Position numbers and translations under genes: made by a program. Positions 1 to 10,100 of a stretch of 36,491 bases of DNA are shown in pieces (the stretch's first letter is position 1; each line of letters starts with the position of its first letter). Source of the DNA: Myxococcales bacterium (GTDB lineage: Bacteria > Myxococcota_A > UBA9042); contig PBTG01000078.1 in the NCBI GenBank assembly GCA_002726535.1, positions 1-36,491 on the forward strand. Direction: 5' to 3'. The notes beneath the pieces are model-generated. The model did no database searches and was not told the origin of the DNA. It saw only the letters and a list, made by a program, of their open reading frames with translations.

Positions 1-606
1 AACCAAAACGATGCCACCGACCAAAAGCGCGGTAAAAGCCAAGGTCAGCCACTCGAGGTGCTTGTCGATGAATCGACGCATGGGCGGCCCAAAGAAGTAG
101 AGCAGCCCGGCGACCAAGAAAAATCGTGCGCCGCGACCTACGACTGAGGCGCTGAGCAATGTGGTGATATCGACTAGGTCGCTGTAAACGCCTGCGCTGA
201 TGGTGAACACCTTAAAAGGGATTGGTGTGAACGCGGCCGTGAAGATCGCCAAAAAAGCGTTGTCTGCGTAGCGCGTGCCGACCTCCAAGAAGTGGTGACA
301 CTTAAAAAGCGCGGGGATAAAGAAACCCTCAGCGACCTGCCAAAACGTACTGCCAATCACATAGCCGACTGCTGCACCCGCCACGGATGCCACCGTGCAA
401 GCCGCTGCGAACTTCCAAGCTTTTTTTCGGTTTCCAAGCACCAAAGCCATCAGCAGAGGGTCAGGCGGAATTGGAAAACACGATGAATCGCCAAAGCTCA
501 CAAGCAACATGGCCAGCAGGCCATATGGGGTCTCTGCCCATCCAAGCACCCATTGGTACAGGCGACGGATCGGGTTGCCCTTTGTTTTGGTGGCGGCGTC
601 GGTCAT
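1..606 (-). CDS. YqaA/DedA (VTT-domain) family membrane protein, 3' end runs off the window
   Basis: Not in the ORF track because there is no stop in the window. Hand translation from ATG at 606 (GGAG upstream): MTDAATKTKGNPIRRLYQWVLGWAETPYGLLAMLLVSFGDSSCFPIPPDPLLMALVLG...AAFTPIPFKVFTISAG...GRGARFFLVA. The SSxFPIPPDxLL, TPIPFK and GRxxRF motifs are typical of YqaA. Confidence 0.88.
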   Translation of the reverse strand, partial: MTDAATKTKGNPIRRLYQWVLGWAETPYGLLAMLLVSFGDSSCFPIPPDPLLMALVLGNRKKAWKFAAACTVASVAGAAVGYVIGSTFWQVAEGFFIPALFKCHHFLEVGTRYADNAFLAIFTAAFTPIPFKVFTISAGVYSDLVDITTLLSASVVGRGARFFLVAGLLYFFGPPMRRFIDKHLEWLTLAFTALLVGGIVLV

Positions 607-666
607 GGACTGCTCCAGATAGAGTCTAAGCGCAGGGTTCTGCCAGTAAGAGCGGCACTGTGCAAG

Positions 667-1659
667 TCATCCTTGTTTGAGCCAGCGAGCAGCTTGCCGC
701 GCGTAATAGGTCAAGATCGCATCCGCACCTGCGCGTCGAATCGCCAGCAACGACTCCAAGGCGACGGAGCGCTCATCGAGCCAACCCTTGGCGCTCGCAG
801 CCTTTAACATGGCGTACTCACCGCTGACTTGGTACGCAGCAACCGGCAGCTGCGTGGCTTGCCGTACCTGAGCGATGACATCTAGGTAAGGCCCGGCCGG
901 CTTGACCATAACCATATCAGCGCCCTCAAGCTCATCGAGCTCAAGCTCGCGGAGAGCCTCTCGACTGTTGGCCGGGTCCATTTGATAGGTCTTTTTGTCG
1001 CCGGATTTCGGCGCCGAGTCCAATGCGTCTCGAAAGGGACCATAAAATGCGGAGGCGTACTTGGCCGTGTAGCTCAAAATAGACACGTCCGTGAAGCCAT
1101 GAGCATCCAAGGCCGAACGAATTGCGCCCACCCGACCGTCCATCATGTCAGAGGGCGCGATGATATCGGCGCCAGCCTCAGCCTGGCTAAGCGCCTGTTT
1201 GCATAAAATCGCTACGGTCTCGTCATTGAGAATGCGGCCGTCTGGCGCCACCAATCCATCATGTCCTGCCGATGAGTAGGGATCGAGCGCGACATCGGTG
1301 ATCGTCATGAGTTCGGGAAATTCGACCTTCAATCGTCGCAGAGCCCGCTGAACCAAACCCTGCGGATTGTAGGCTTCTTCAGCGCCGAGAGTCTTGAGCG
1401 ACTCTGGCGTCGCTGGAAAGAGCACGATAGCACCGACGCCGTCTTCGAGCGCCCCCTGCGCCTCACGCATCAAGCCATCCATATCCAATCGCGCACATCC
1501 CGGCATCGAAGCGATGGGAATGTCTCCGGTGCCGTCGTGGATAAAAAGTGGATAGATGAAATGCTGTGAGGTGAGCCACGACTCTTGAGCAAAGCCCCGA
1601 ATGACGGGGTTTCGACGGTTGCGCCGTGGGCGATGAGGTAGATCGAGTTGGTCGGTCAC
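667..1659 (-). CDS. hemB: porphobilinogen synthase (delta-aminolevulinic acid dehydratase)
   Basis: RPRRNR N-terminus, APSDMMDGRV, YTAKYASAFYGPFRDA, KKTYQMDP, MVMVKPA, AAYQVSGEYAM. The GTG start overlaps the upstream stop (GTGA, 1656-1659) and has AGGAG at 1666-1670. Confidence 0.97.
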   Translation of the reverse strand: MTDQLDLPHRPRRNRRNPVIRGFAQESWLTSQHFIYPLFIHDGTGDIPIASMPGCARLDMDGLMREAQGALEDGVGAIVLFPATPESLKTLGAEEAYNPQGLVQRALRRLKVEFPELMTITDVALDPYSSAGHDGLVAPDGRILNDETVAILCKQALSQAEAGADIIAPSDMMDGRVGAIRSALDAHGFTDVSILSYTAKYASAFYGPFRDALDSAPKSGDKKTYQMDPANSREALRELELDELEGADMVMVKPAGPYLDVIAQVRQATQLPVAAYQVSGEYAMLKAASAKGWLDERSVALESLLAIRRAGADAILTYYARQAARWLKQG

Positions 1660-3017
1660 AATGAACTCCTAACGTAATGACAGCGGCGCCCAATGAGCAG
1701 CAAAGACGCAAACAAAACAAGCCACATTGTGTCTGCCGGATTGCCGATCGGTTGAGCTTGGCAGCCATCTCTTTTCGCGACAACGACTCCACCGCCTTGG
1801 CCTGCATCGAAGGTCGCATAGGCGCCATCGCTAGCACTGACATCAGCAGAGCCCTGACCATCGCTGACATCCATATCCTGAGATGGCGGCGACAAACAGG
1901 TCGGGTCGCTGGCGAGACTATGGGTCTGACGTGTCTGCTCCCACTGCGGGACACAGAGCGTAGCGCACGTCGATACCTTGGCCACCGAACCAAAACAAAG
2001 TGCAGCAGACCAAGACTTGCCCTTGTCAGTCGAACTCATCAATGCCGCGCCGTTGATGAACTCATCTGAACAGCCATACACCTCAGCGCCGAATCGACGT
2101 AGGCAGCCCACTCTGGGAGCATCTGGCACGAGTGAGAACTGCTGTCCTCCATCTGTGCTCCGCCAAATGCCAGCGGACATACTGCCGACCAACAAGGTCC
2201 CAGAGGCTTCATCTGCGAGCCACACCGCCTCGGCGATATCCTGACCTGGTTTGGGGGCAAACGCGGCCTGCCACGAGGCCCCTGCGTCCACACTCATCCA
2301 AAGCTGATCCAACCCCATCGCAGCACGGACACGGAGCACCAACCACGTCGCTTGCTTGGGGTGACGGGCTAAGGCGGTAAATTTCGCATCAGGGATCCCG
2401 GTCTTCGGGAGCGCGTTGACCGTCCATGAATCGCCGCCATCACTGGACAGTAGACTGATGGGCTTGTCTGCCTCGCCCGTGACCCACAAATCTTGTAGAC
2501 CAGGACCAGCACGGAGCGAGCTCAGCGCCTGATTGGCTGGACTCTTCAACTCTACCCAGCCCGCTGCTTCGCGGCGAAGCAGCGCTGCGGGCTCTTCGGT
2601 CCGCACCCAGAGTGCAGCATCGGTCGAGACCAACTCAACCACTTTACCAACCTCTGCAGGCAGGGTCTCCTTCGTCCATGTGCAGCCCTCATCACTAGAC
2701 CGAGTCAATAGACCGTCATCGAGAATAAAGAGTCCTTGGGCATGAGCGATGACCACCCTATCTAACGCTTGTCCATTGGAGCCAAATGAATCGGGACAAA
2801 TCCACTCAGCGCTCAACTGACTGTTGGGTTGGCGAATCAGACCAAAAGACATGGTCACATAGCGGTTGCCTTTGGGACCCACTGAGACGCTATGAGCGGA
2901 GGTCACTAGGCTGTGAGCCGATACTTCGGCGCTGTGATGGACGGACAAAACCACCACCAAGAGTCCAACGATACGAAGCACTTGCATCAAACCTGATTTG
3001 GGCTCTCTGAACATCAT
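1656..3017 (-). CDS. secreted BNR/Asp-box beta-propeller protein with MYXO-CTERM-like C-terminal anchor
   Basis: N-terminal signal peptide; five Asp-box motifs (SSDEGCTW, SSDGGDSW, SVDAGASW, STDGGQQF, STDKGKSW); Cys cluster; acidic linker; C-terminal DGC motif, spacer, hydrophobic helix MWLVLFASLLLIG and RR. Confidence 0.75.
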   Translation of the reverse strand: MMFREPKSGLMQVLRIVGLLVVVLSVHHSAEVSAHSLVTSAHSVSVGPKGNRYVTMSFGLIRQPNSQLSAEWICPDSFGSNGQALDRVVIAHAQGLFILDDGLLTRSSDEGCTWTKETLPAEVGKVVELVSTDAALWVRTEEPAALLRREAAGWVELKSPANQALSSLRAGPGLQDLWVTGEADKPISLLSSDGGDSWTVNALPKTGIPDAKFTALARHPKQATWLVLRVRAAMGLDQLWMSVDAGASWQAAFAPKPGQDIAEAVWLADEASGTLLVGSMSAGIWRSTDGGQQFSLVPDAPRVGCLRRFGAEVYGCSDEFINGAALMSSTDKGKSWSAALCFGSVAKVSTCATLCVPQWEQTRQTHSLASDPTCLSPPSQDMDVSDGQGSADVSASDGAYATFDAGQGGGVVVAKRDGCQAQPIGNPADTMWLVLFASLLLIGRRCHYVRSSL

Positions 3018-3064
3018 AGGACAGGACGCTACGAGCTAGCGACTCATTGAGCAAGCGTAAGCGC

Positions 3065-3991
3065 TCATGCTCCGGGTTCAGTCATACATTTGGGAGCCTC
3101 TGCCAACGTGGGTCTGCCCGCCCAGAGACCGCGCCCCAACCCCGCTTGGATACCCACACGAACATAGGTAGGCAAAGCAAAACAAGCCCTAAGTACGTCG
3201 CGATTGAGGTATCGAAGACAGGGCTCTACACCCGCTACCCGATCGATATCGACCCTCACCGAAGGCAAGCTAGGGCCTTGTGTGGCCGCACAATACGACC
3301 ATGTCCCGCTTGGATAGGCGGCGACCTGTCCCAGATAGAGGTCAACCGACGCGAACACCTGGCTCAACTTGCTGTGCACTGCCCGAACGCGATCGATATA
3401 AAAGGTCGGTGAGTCACTCTGAGCGACGAGCACCCCCTGAGCACCGAGTAGTTGAGCACAGTCGCGATAAAATGCCTCGCTGAAAAGCTCAACAGCGGCA
3501 TCAACCGGGTCGGTAGAGTCGATCAAAACCACATCAAAGACAGCTCCTTGAGCTGCGCTCCGCCGAACATAATCAACGCCGTCCCCGACAATCACTTGAG
3601 CCCTTGGATCGTCAAAGGCGCGCGCTAGGTCTGGAAAATAGGTCTTTGCGCACCGGATCACCTGCGGATCAATGTCCACCAATACCGCTTCTTCCACCTC
3701 TGGGTGTCGCAACACCTCCGTTAAGGTGCCGCCGTCACCACCACCGATGATCAGCACCCGACGAGGATTGGGGTGACTCAGCAGGGGCACGTGAGCGATC
3801 ATCTCATGGTAAGCCGACTCATCTCGATCTGTGACGTTCGTCACACCCCCCAAGCACAACACTGTGCCCCAGTCTTTCGCCTCAAAAACGTCGATCTGCT
3901 GAAATTCACTGCGAAAGCTCTCATGCATATGCACCACCTCGTAGACCAAAGTGGTGTTGGGCGTCCATGGATCGCGGTACTGGGAACTCAT
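3065..3991 (-). CDS. speE: polyamine aminopropyltransferase (spermidine synthase family)
   Basis: SEFQQI, RDESAYHEMIAHVPL, PRRVLIIGGGDGGTL, VDID, GDG, FDVVLIDSTDP and YPSGTW motifs. Confidence 0.88.
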   Translation of the reverse strand: MSSQYRDPWTPNTTLVYEVVHMHESFRSEFQQIDVFEAKDWGTVLCLGGVTNVTDRDESAYHEMIAHVPLLSHPNPRRVLIIGGGDGGTLTEVLRHPEVEEAVLVDIDPQVIRCAKTYFPDLARAFDDPRAQVIVGDGVDYVRRSAAQGAVFDVVLIDSTDPVDAAVELFSEAFYRDCAQLLGAQGVLVAQSDSPTFYIDRVRAVHSKLSQVFASVDLYLGQVAAYPSGTWSYCAATQGPSLPSVRVDIDRVAGVEPCLRYLNRDVLRACFALPTYVRVGIQAGLGRGLWAGRPTLAEAPKCMTEPGA

Positions 3992-4052
3992 CGTGATGCC
4001 TCTTTCGATATTGTCGTCGGAGCCTAAAGTAATTGTGCTCTAGTTTGGCTCC

Positions 4053-4094
4053 AAAAACACAAGAGCCAGAGACATAGGTCTCTGGCCCTTGTGT
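4053..4094 (-). terminator. rho-independent terminator of the giant lipoprotein gene
   Basis: Minus strand reads ACACAAGGGCCAGAGAC-ctat-GTCTCTGGCTCTTGTGT-TTTT: a 17-bp stem with one G-U pair and a U-tract, 18 nt after the stop at 4113. Confidence 0.88.
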
Positions 4095-4112
4095 GGTCCA
4101 CGTTGTGCGCCC

Positions 4113-7100
4113 TTATTGACAAGTCTGGCACGTCGACCCAGAGCAAGCATTCGCTTTGGCTCCGGTCGCTGAGCAGCAGTCACCGTAATTCTTGCACAGG
4201 TTGTCACACCAACAACTAAAGGTTGTGTTCTGACCACCACAAGAGCCGTCACAAGGGTGGGGCTTCTTACAGTCCTTTTCGCAGTTGGCCAGAGTCTCAG
4301 TCGGATCACAGGTGCCGTTACCGCACACAGGCTTGCAATCTTTGATGCACGTAGAAGGCGTCTCAAGGCCTTCACATTTGCCATCACCACACACCGTCGG
4401 GATCGGCTGCAGGACCTTGACCAAGGTGCTCTGCGTCGCGATTGTCTTGTTATCGCCGTTGCCGCCGTAGGTCCCGTACCCTGTGCACCAGACGTCGCCT
4501 TTGTTGGTCAGAACGCAACCTCCTCTGTAGCGAGTCGTGACCTGAATCACGTTGGTTCCATTGGTGATCTTGACCGGTGCGAGACTCGTAGTCGTGGTGC
4601 CGTTTCCGAGTCCACCGCTTTGGTTGTATCCCAGCGCGTAAGCTTGGCTGTCAGACTTGAGGAAGTACGTGAGGTAATAGCCCAAATCGTATTGCCAGAG
4701 ACCAGAACCGAGAGGTTTCATCTGTACGGCTTTGATCTCTTTACCGTACGTCCCGCCGGCCGAAAGCTTGCCCAGACCGAGTGCTCCGTGAGGATTGTAG
4801 CCTTTCGCCCAGGCATTGCCCTTGTCATCGAGAGCGCCCAAAGCGTACGAACCGGCTGTAATCATCGAAACAGGAGGGAAATCAGTGATTTTCACTGCAT
4901 TGATGACATCAGCCGTGTTCGAGCTCAAAAGATTGTTGTAGTAGTTGTAGCCCCAACACATCACTGAGCCAGATTTGGTCCGACCACAAGAGAAACTCTT
5001 ACCTAAGCTAACTTGAACGATGTTCGAAACGTTCTTGGTCTGCGTCGGCACCTTGAGGTCCACACTAGACGCAACACCATTGCCTACTTGGCCATCGGTG
5101 TTGCGGCCCCAGCACCAGACTGTACCGTCGGTTTTAACCGCGCAGGTATGGTAGTCGCCGCAATCGACAGAATCGACCCCTTTTAAGACCAATGCTGGTT
5201 GTAAGGCAGTGGCAGTTGCATTGTTGCCAACCTGTCCATCGGAGTTGTAGCCCCAACAGTAAAGAGCCCCATCCTCTGCAACGGCACAAGAGTGATAGTA
5301 CCCGCCGCTGACTTGCTTGATTCCAGCCAGCCCAGCGACCTGGACAGGGACCTTCTCTGAGGTCGACGTCGAGCCTTTACCGGTCTGGCCATAGTTATTT
5401 CGGCCCCAACAGAACACTTTCTTACCTGTAGTGACCGCGCAGGTGTGATAGCCGTAGTTGTGTGAATCCACCTGCTTGGCCCATCCGCTGGTCAAGGGGC
5501 CGCAAGCCCCAGCCTTACACACCGAACTCAGACCGCATGCGGCGCCGTCATTGCCGGCGATCTGCTTGCACTCACCGAGCGCAAGATCACACGTGTCCTT
5601 CGTGCAAGGCTTGCCGTCATCACACTCTGTATCTTGCTTGCAGGTCCATTTGCAGTTGGCAATCGGAGTCGAGGAGCAGCCGCCAGTCTTGCTGTCACAT
5701 AGATCGACTGTGCACGGGTTCTTGTCATCGCAGCTGACTTTTCCGAGTTGTTTACACTGGCCCGCTTCGCAGACTGGATCGAAGGTACATCCATTGCCAT
5801 CATCGCAATCTTTGGGTTTCGCAACACAAACGCCAGCCTGGGAGCATGCGTCTCCCGTGGTGCACGGATCTCCGTCATCGCAGAGCTTGCCGACGGTCGG
5901 AATGATGTTGCATTGGGCGGTGACGATGTCACACGTGTTCGCGTAACAGCCCTGGCCCATGTTGCACTCGGCGTTGGACGAACATGCGCCATCAGCCACA
6001 CGGGTCCAAACCTGAGCGTTCGCAGTTTTGCCATTTCCAAGTGCGCCATAGAGGTTATAGCCAACGCACCACACAGAGCCCGTTTTGTGCAGAGCGCATG
6101 TGGAGCGATATCCAGCACTAACCTGGATGCTGTCCTTCGGAGCCACCAAAGGAGCTGGCGTGGTTTGGTCGATAGCAGAGCTGGCACTTTTCGTGCCGTT
6201 GCCGAGTTGACCGTAGTAATTGTCACCCCAGGTGCTGATTGTCGCACTGGTACTCAAGGTTACTGCGTGATCTAAACCACCGCTGAACATCGCGACATCT
6301 TTAACTTTCGCCACGTACACATCGGCAGCTGAATCTGTCGGTGTCTTCGAACCGATACCCAACTGTCCGTTATTGTTCTGGCCAATACAGTGCAGTTCCC
6401 CTTTGAGGGACACCACACAGGTATTCTGGTTGCCCACGCCAAGCGAGACCGCTTTGGGGAACTTGGTCACTTTGGTCACGGCGATGTCTGCGGTGGAAGC
6501 AGTCGTCATCGCATTTGAATATAGATTGTAGCCCCAGCAGTAGGTCTCACCCAACTTGCTCAAAGCACAGTAGTGACCGTTACCGCCATCGATGGCGACC
6601 ACATCTGCCACGTTCGCGTCGACCGGCAAGGATGACGAACTCGAGGTCAATGACTTCGAACCCAACTCTTTGTCAGAGTTGCGCCCCCAACACTTGACCC
6701 CGCCTTGGAGATTGACTGCGCACGTGCTGTAGTTCGTCATCGCGAGGGTGACCGCTCCGCTTAGTCCTTTGACCTCTACAGGTGAGGTCGAGTCGGTCGT
6801 CGAGCCATTTCCAAGCTGGCCATACAAGTTGTCACCCCAACACATCACCTTGCCGCCGGTGACGATTGCACAACTGTGCAAGTAGCCGACAGCCACGGCG
6901 GTCGCGTTTGTGACCTTTTGCACAGCAACAGGCACGGAGCTGCTGGTCTTTAGACCATTGCCCAACTGACCGTTGTTGTTGTAGCCCCAGCAACTCACCG
7001 TTCCCTTTGGTCGGAGTACACACGCGTGACGTGCGTTGGGATGCTGAGCGATCTGCGTCGCGAAGCCTGTAATCTGCAGCGACTTGCAAGCGCCGGCGGT

Positions 7101-10100
7101 GCACACCTTGCTTAGCCCGCAGATCGCGCCTTCATTGCCGGGAGTCCACTGGCACAGCCCGTTGACACATTTGTCAGCGGTGCACACTTGGTTGTCGCTA
7201 CATCCAGCATCATCGGTACATTTGACCACACAGGGCGCGACCTTGCTGTGCGTGCAGTTGCCGTTCTTGGTGTCGCAAGCGTCTGTGGTGCAAGGATTGC
7301 CATCGTCACAGTTGGCGTTCTTTACGACGAAGCATTTTCCGCCTTCACAAGCCTCTTCGATGGTGCATGGGTTGCCGTCATCGCAGACTTTCGCTGTCTC
7401 TTGGCAGATGCCGTCTTTGTCACATTTTCCGTTCGACGTGCACTTGTCGCCATCATCGCAGAACACGTTCGTGTTAACGGTCATTGAGCAGAGCCCTGTG
7501 GAAAGACTGCACTGCTGCTTTGTACAAGTATTGTCGTCTTTACAGAACGCGTCGGTTTGACAAGCGCCGTCAGCGACGTGCGTCAGTCGGGTCTTTTGGC
7601 CCGTTGTGCTTGTGGAGCCCCCACCCAGGGATCCGTAAAGGTTGGAACCTGTACACCACACCGAACCATCTGCTCTAAGCACGCAAGTGCGGTAGTACGA
7701 AGCGCTGACTTGCACGATATTGCTCACCCAATCCATGGGGCTTGGGATGCTTTTGGAGACTTTGGTGCCGTCGCCCAACTGTCCATATTGGTTTCGGCCA
7801 ACCGAGTAGGCCACTCCATCGTTCGAGAGCCAAACGCCATGGCTGAGACCGCCGCTGTATCCGATTACAGAAGGCAAGCCCTTCGGGTTGACGTATCCGG
7901 GTGTTGGAGAGCTTGTATTGACCCCAAGCTGATTGTACCCGTTGTTGCCGATGCACTCAGCGACGCCCTTGAAGGTGATGCCGCAGATGGTGCGGTTGCC
8001 GACGAAAGCCGAGGACCACTTCGAAGTTCGGCTGTCACGAACTGGACTCGAAAAGCTAAATGTTTCCGGAGCTTTGGCGATCAAATTGTCGTTACGTCCC
8101 CAACACCACTTGCTGCCATCGGAGCGAATGGCACACGACAGGTTGAGGGCCGTGAAAATGCTCACCACATTCGACATCCCTTCGATCTTGGCAATCGTAC
8201 CGCTATCGCTACCTCCGGACTGTCCATCGCTGTTATTGCCCCAACAGACCACCGTCTTGTCTTTGCGCAACGCACAGGTGTGGTTGTATCCAGCACTGAC
8301 TGCGATCGCGTCGGTGATCCCTTTGGCGGCGGTCACAGGCACTTTTGAACTGGTCGTCGTGCCCTCGCCCAGTTGGTAAGAGCTGTTGTAACCCCAGCAA
8401 TAGATTTTGCCTTGCTGATCGACCGCGCACGCGTGTTGATAGCCCGCCGAGATGTCGATGATGTTTTTCAAATCTTTAACCGCGACTGGCTTGCCGCTGG
8501 TAAGATTGGTCCCATCGCCGAGCTGCCCATAGTTATTGCGGCCCCAGCAAGCCACGCTCTTGTTCTTGAGCAGGGCACAGTGGAAGTTACCGTTGCTGTA
8601 GGCGCTGAGTTTGACTGCCCAACCATCAACCGGGTTAACGGGTGCGCACCCTCCTTTAAGGCAGGTAGATCCGACACCACAGACGGTCCCATCTTTGGCT
8701 GGTGCAATGTTACAGGATCCAGTTTTCACATCGCAGGTGTTCGCAGTGCAAAGGTCTGTGTCTGCGCAATCGGAGTCACTCTTGCAGGTAATCTTGCAAC
8801 CTTGAATCACATTATGAGTACAGAGTCCTGATTTGGTGTCGCAGAGATCAGCGGTGCAAGCGTTGCCGTCGTCACAATTGGTTTTGTCACCAGCGAAGCA
8901 GATGCCGTCTTTGCATTTGTCCCCTAGCGAACATGCGTTGCCGTCGCTGCAGAGATCTGTGTTGGTCGCAAACTTACAAAACCCATTTACGGGGTCACAC
9001 GAATCATTGGTGCAAGCGTTGCCGTCGTCGCATTTCGTGACGCCCGCACATTGAGCTTTTTCATCACAAACATCACTGCTTGTACAGGCGTCTTCGTCGT
9101 CGCAGGCCTTGCCTTTGGCCGGAGCTCCAACGCACTTCGCAGAGAGATCGCACTTATCTGGCCCAGTGCAAACCTGTCCATCGTCGCAACTTTTGCCCCC
9201 AGAGACGCTGCCTTGGCACTTGGCGTCTTTGTCACAGGCGTCTTTCATGGTGCATTCGTTGCCGTCGTCACAGGTGGCTCCAAGCAATGGAGTACCAACG
9301 CAGGCGCCCTTATCGTCGCAAGAATCTTTGGTGCATTCGTTGCCGTCGTCACAGGCCTTACCAACCCAAGGAGTGCCAGCACACTTGCCATCCTTGTCGC
9401 AAAAGGAGTTGCTACACGGGTTGCCATCATCACAGGGCGCACCAAGATTTGGTGAGTTGGTGCATTTGCCGGTCTGCACATCGCAGACACCTTTGGTGCA
9501 CGCATCGCCATCATCACAGCCCGCAAAGGAACAGTGCACATCGCTGACCGACAACGCATCGATGAAGGGACCGATACCGTCATTTTGAACGCAATCTGTG
9601 GTCTTGAAGGTAAAGCGAATCTGAATCGTTTTGCCGATGAAGGCCTTGAGATCGTAGCTCATCGGTTTCCAGGTCGCGCTCCCATTTAAGGTAGCCAACT
9701 GGGTCGCCTGCTTGGACACGACGTCGACGACCTCAACGACCAGATCGTCATAGGTGTTGGACTCCCAATCACCCGCGTAGTTGAAGGTAAGCGCGGGTGA
9801 TAGCGCCCCAACGATGGCGATCTCAGGTGACGTGGCTGTGCCCTCTACCTTGGCGCCGCCAGGCTGGCAGTTAAAATCAGTGCCATTGTTAAAGTTCAGA
9901 CTGCAGTCGAACACTTCGGATTGAGGTTTGGCCGGTGTTTTATCAACCGCCCAGACAGGACCGAGTGCGCCCTTGGACAAGGTCCACGCCTGCGAGGCTT
10001 CGCTGCCGCATTTGAAACCGACCTGGTATGGAAATTTCACCTTGTTCTGATTGCAAGGGCTGACTGCCTTAGGCAGACCACAACCAACCTTCGGGTCACA

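Noticed and set aside
4410-8627. Diversity-generating retroelement target (AAC/TAC-rich Asn/Tyr loops in the propellers)
   Set aside because: No reverse transcriptase and no template/variable repeat pair differing only at adenines in the window; Asn/Tyr richness is normal for RCC1 repeats.
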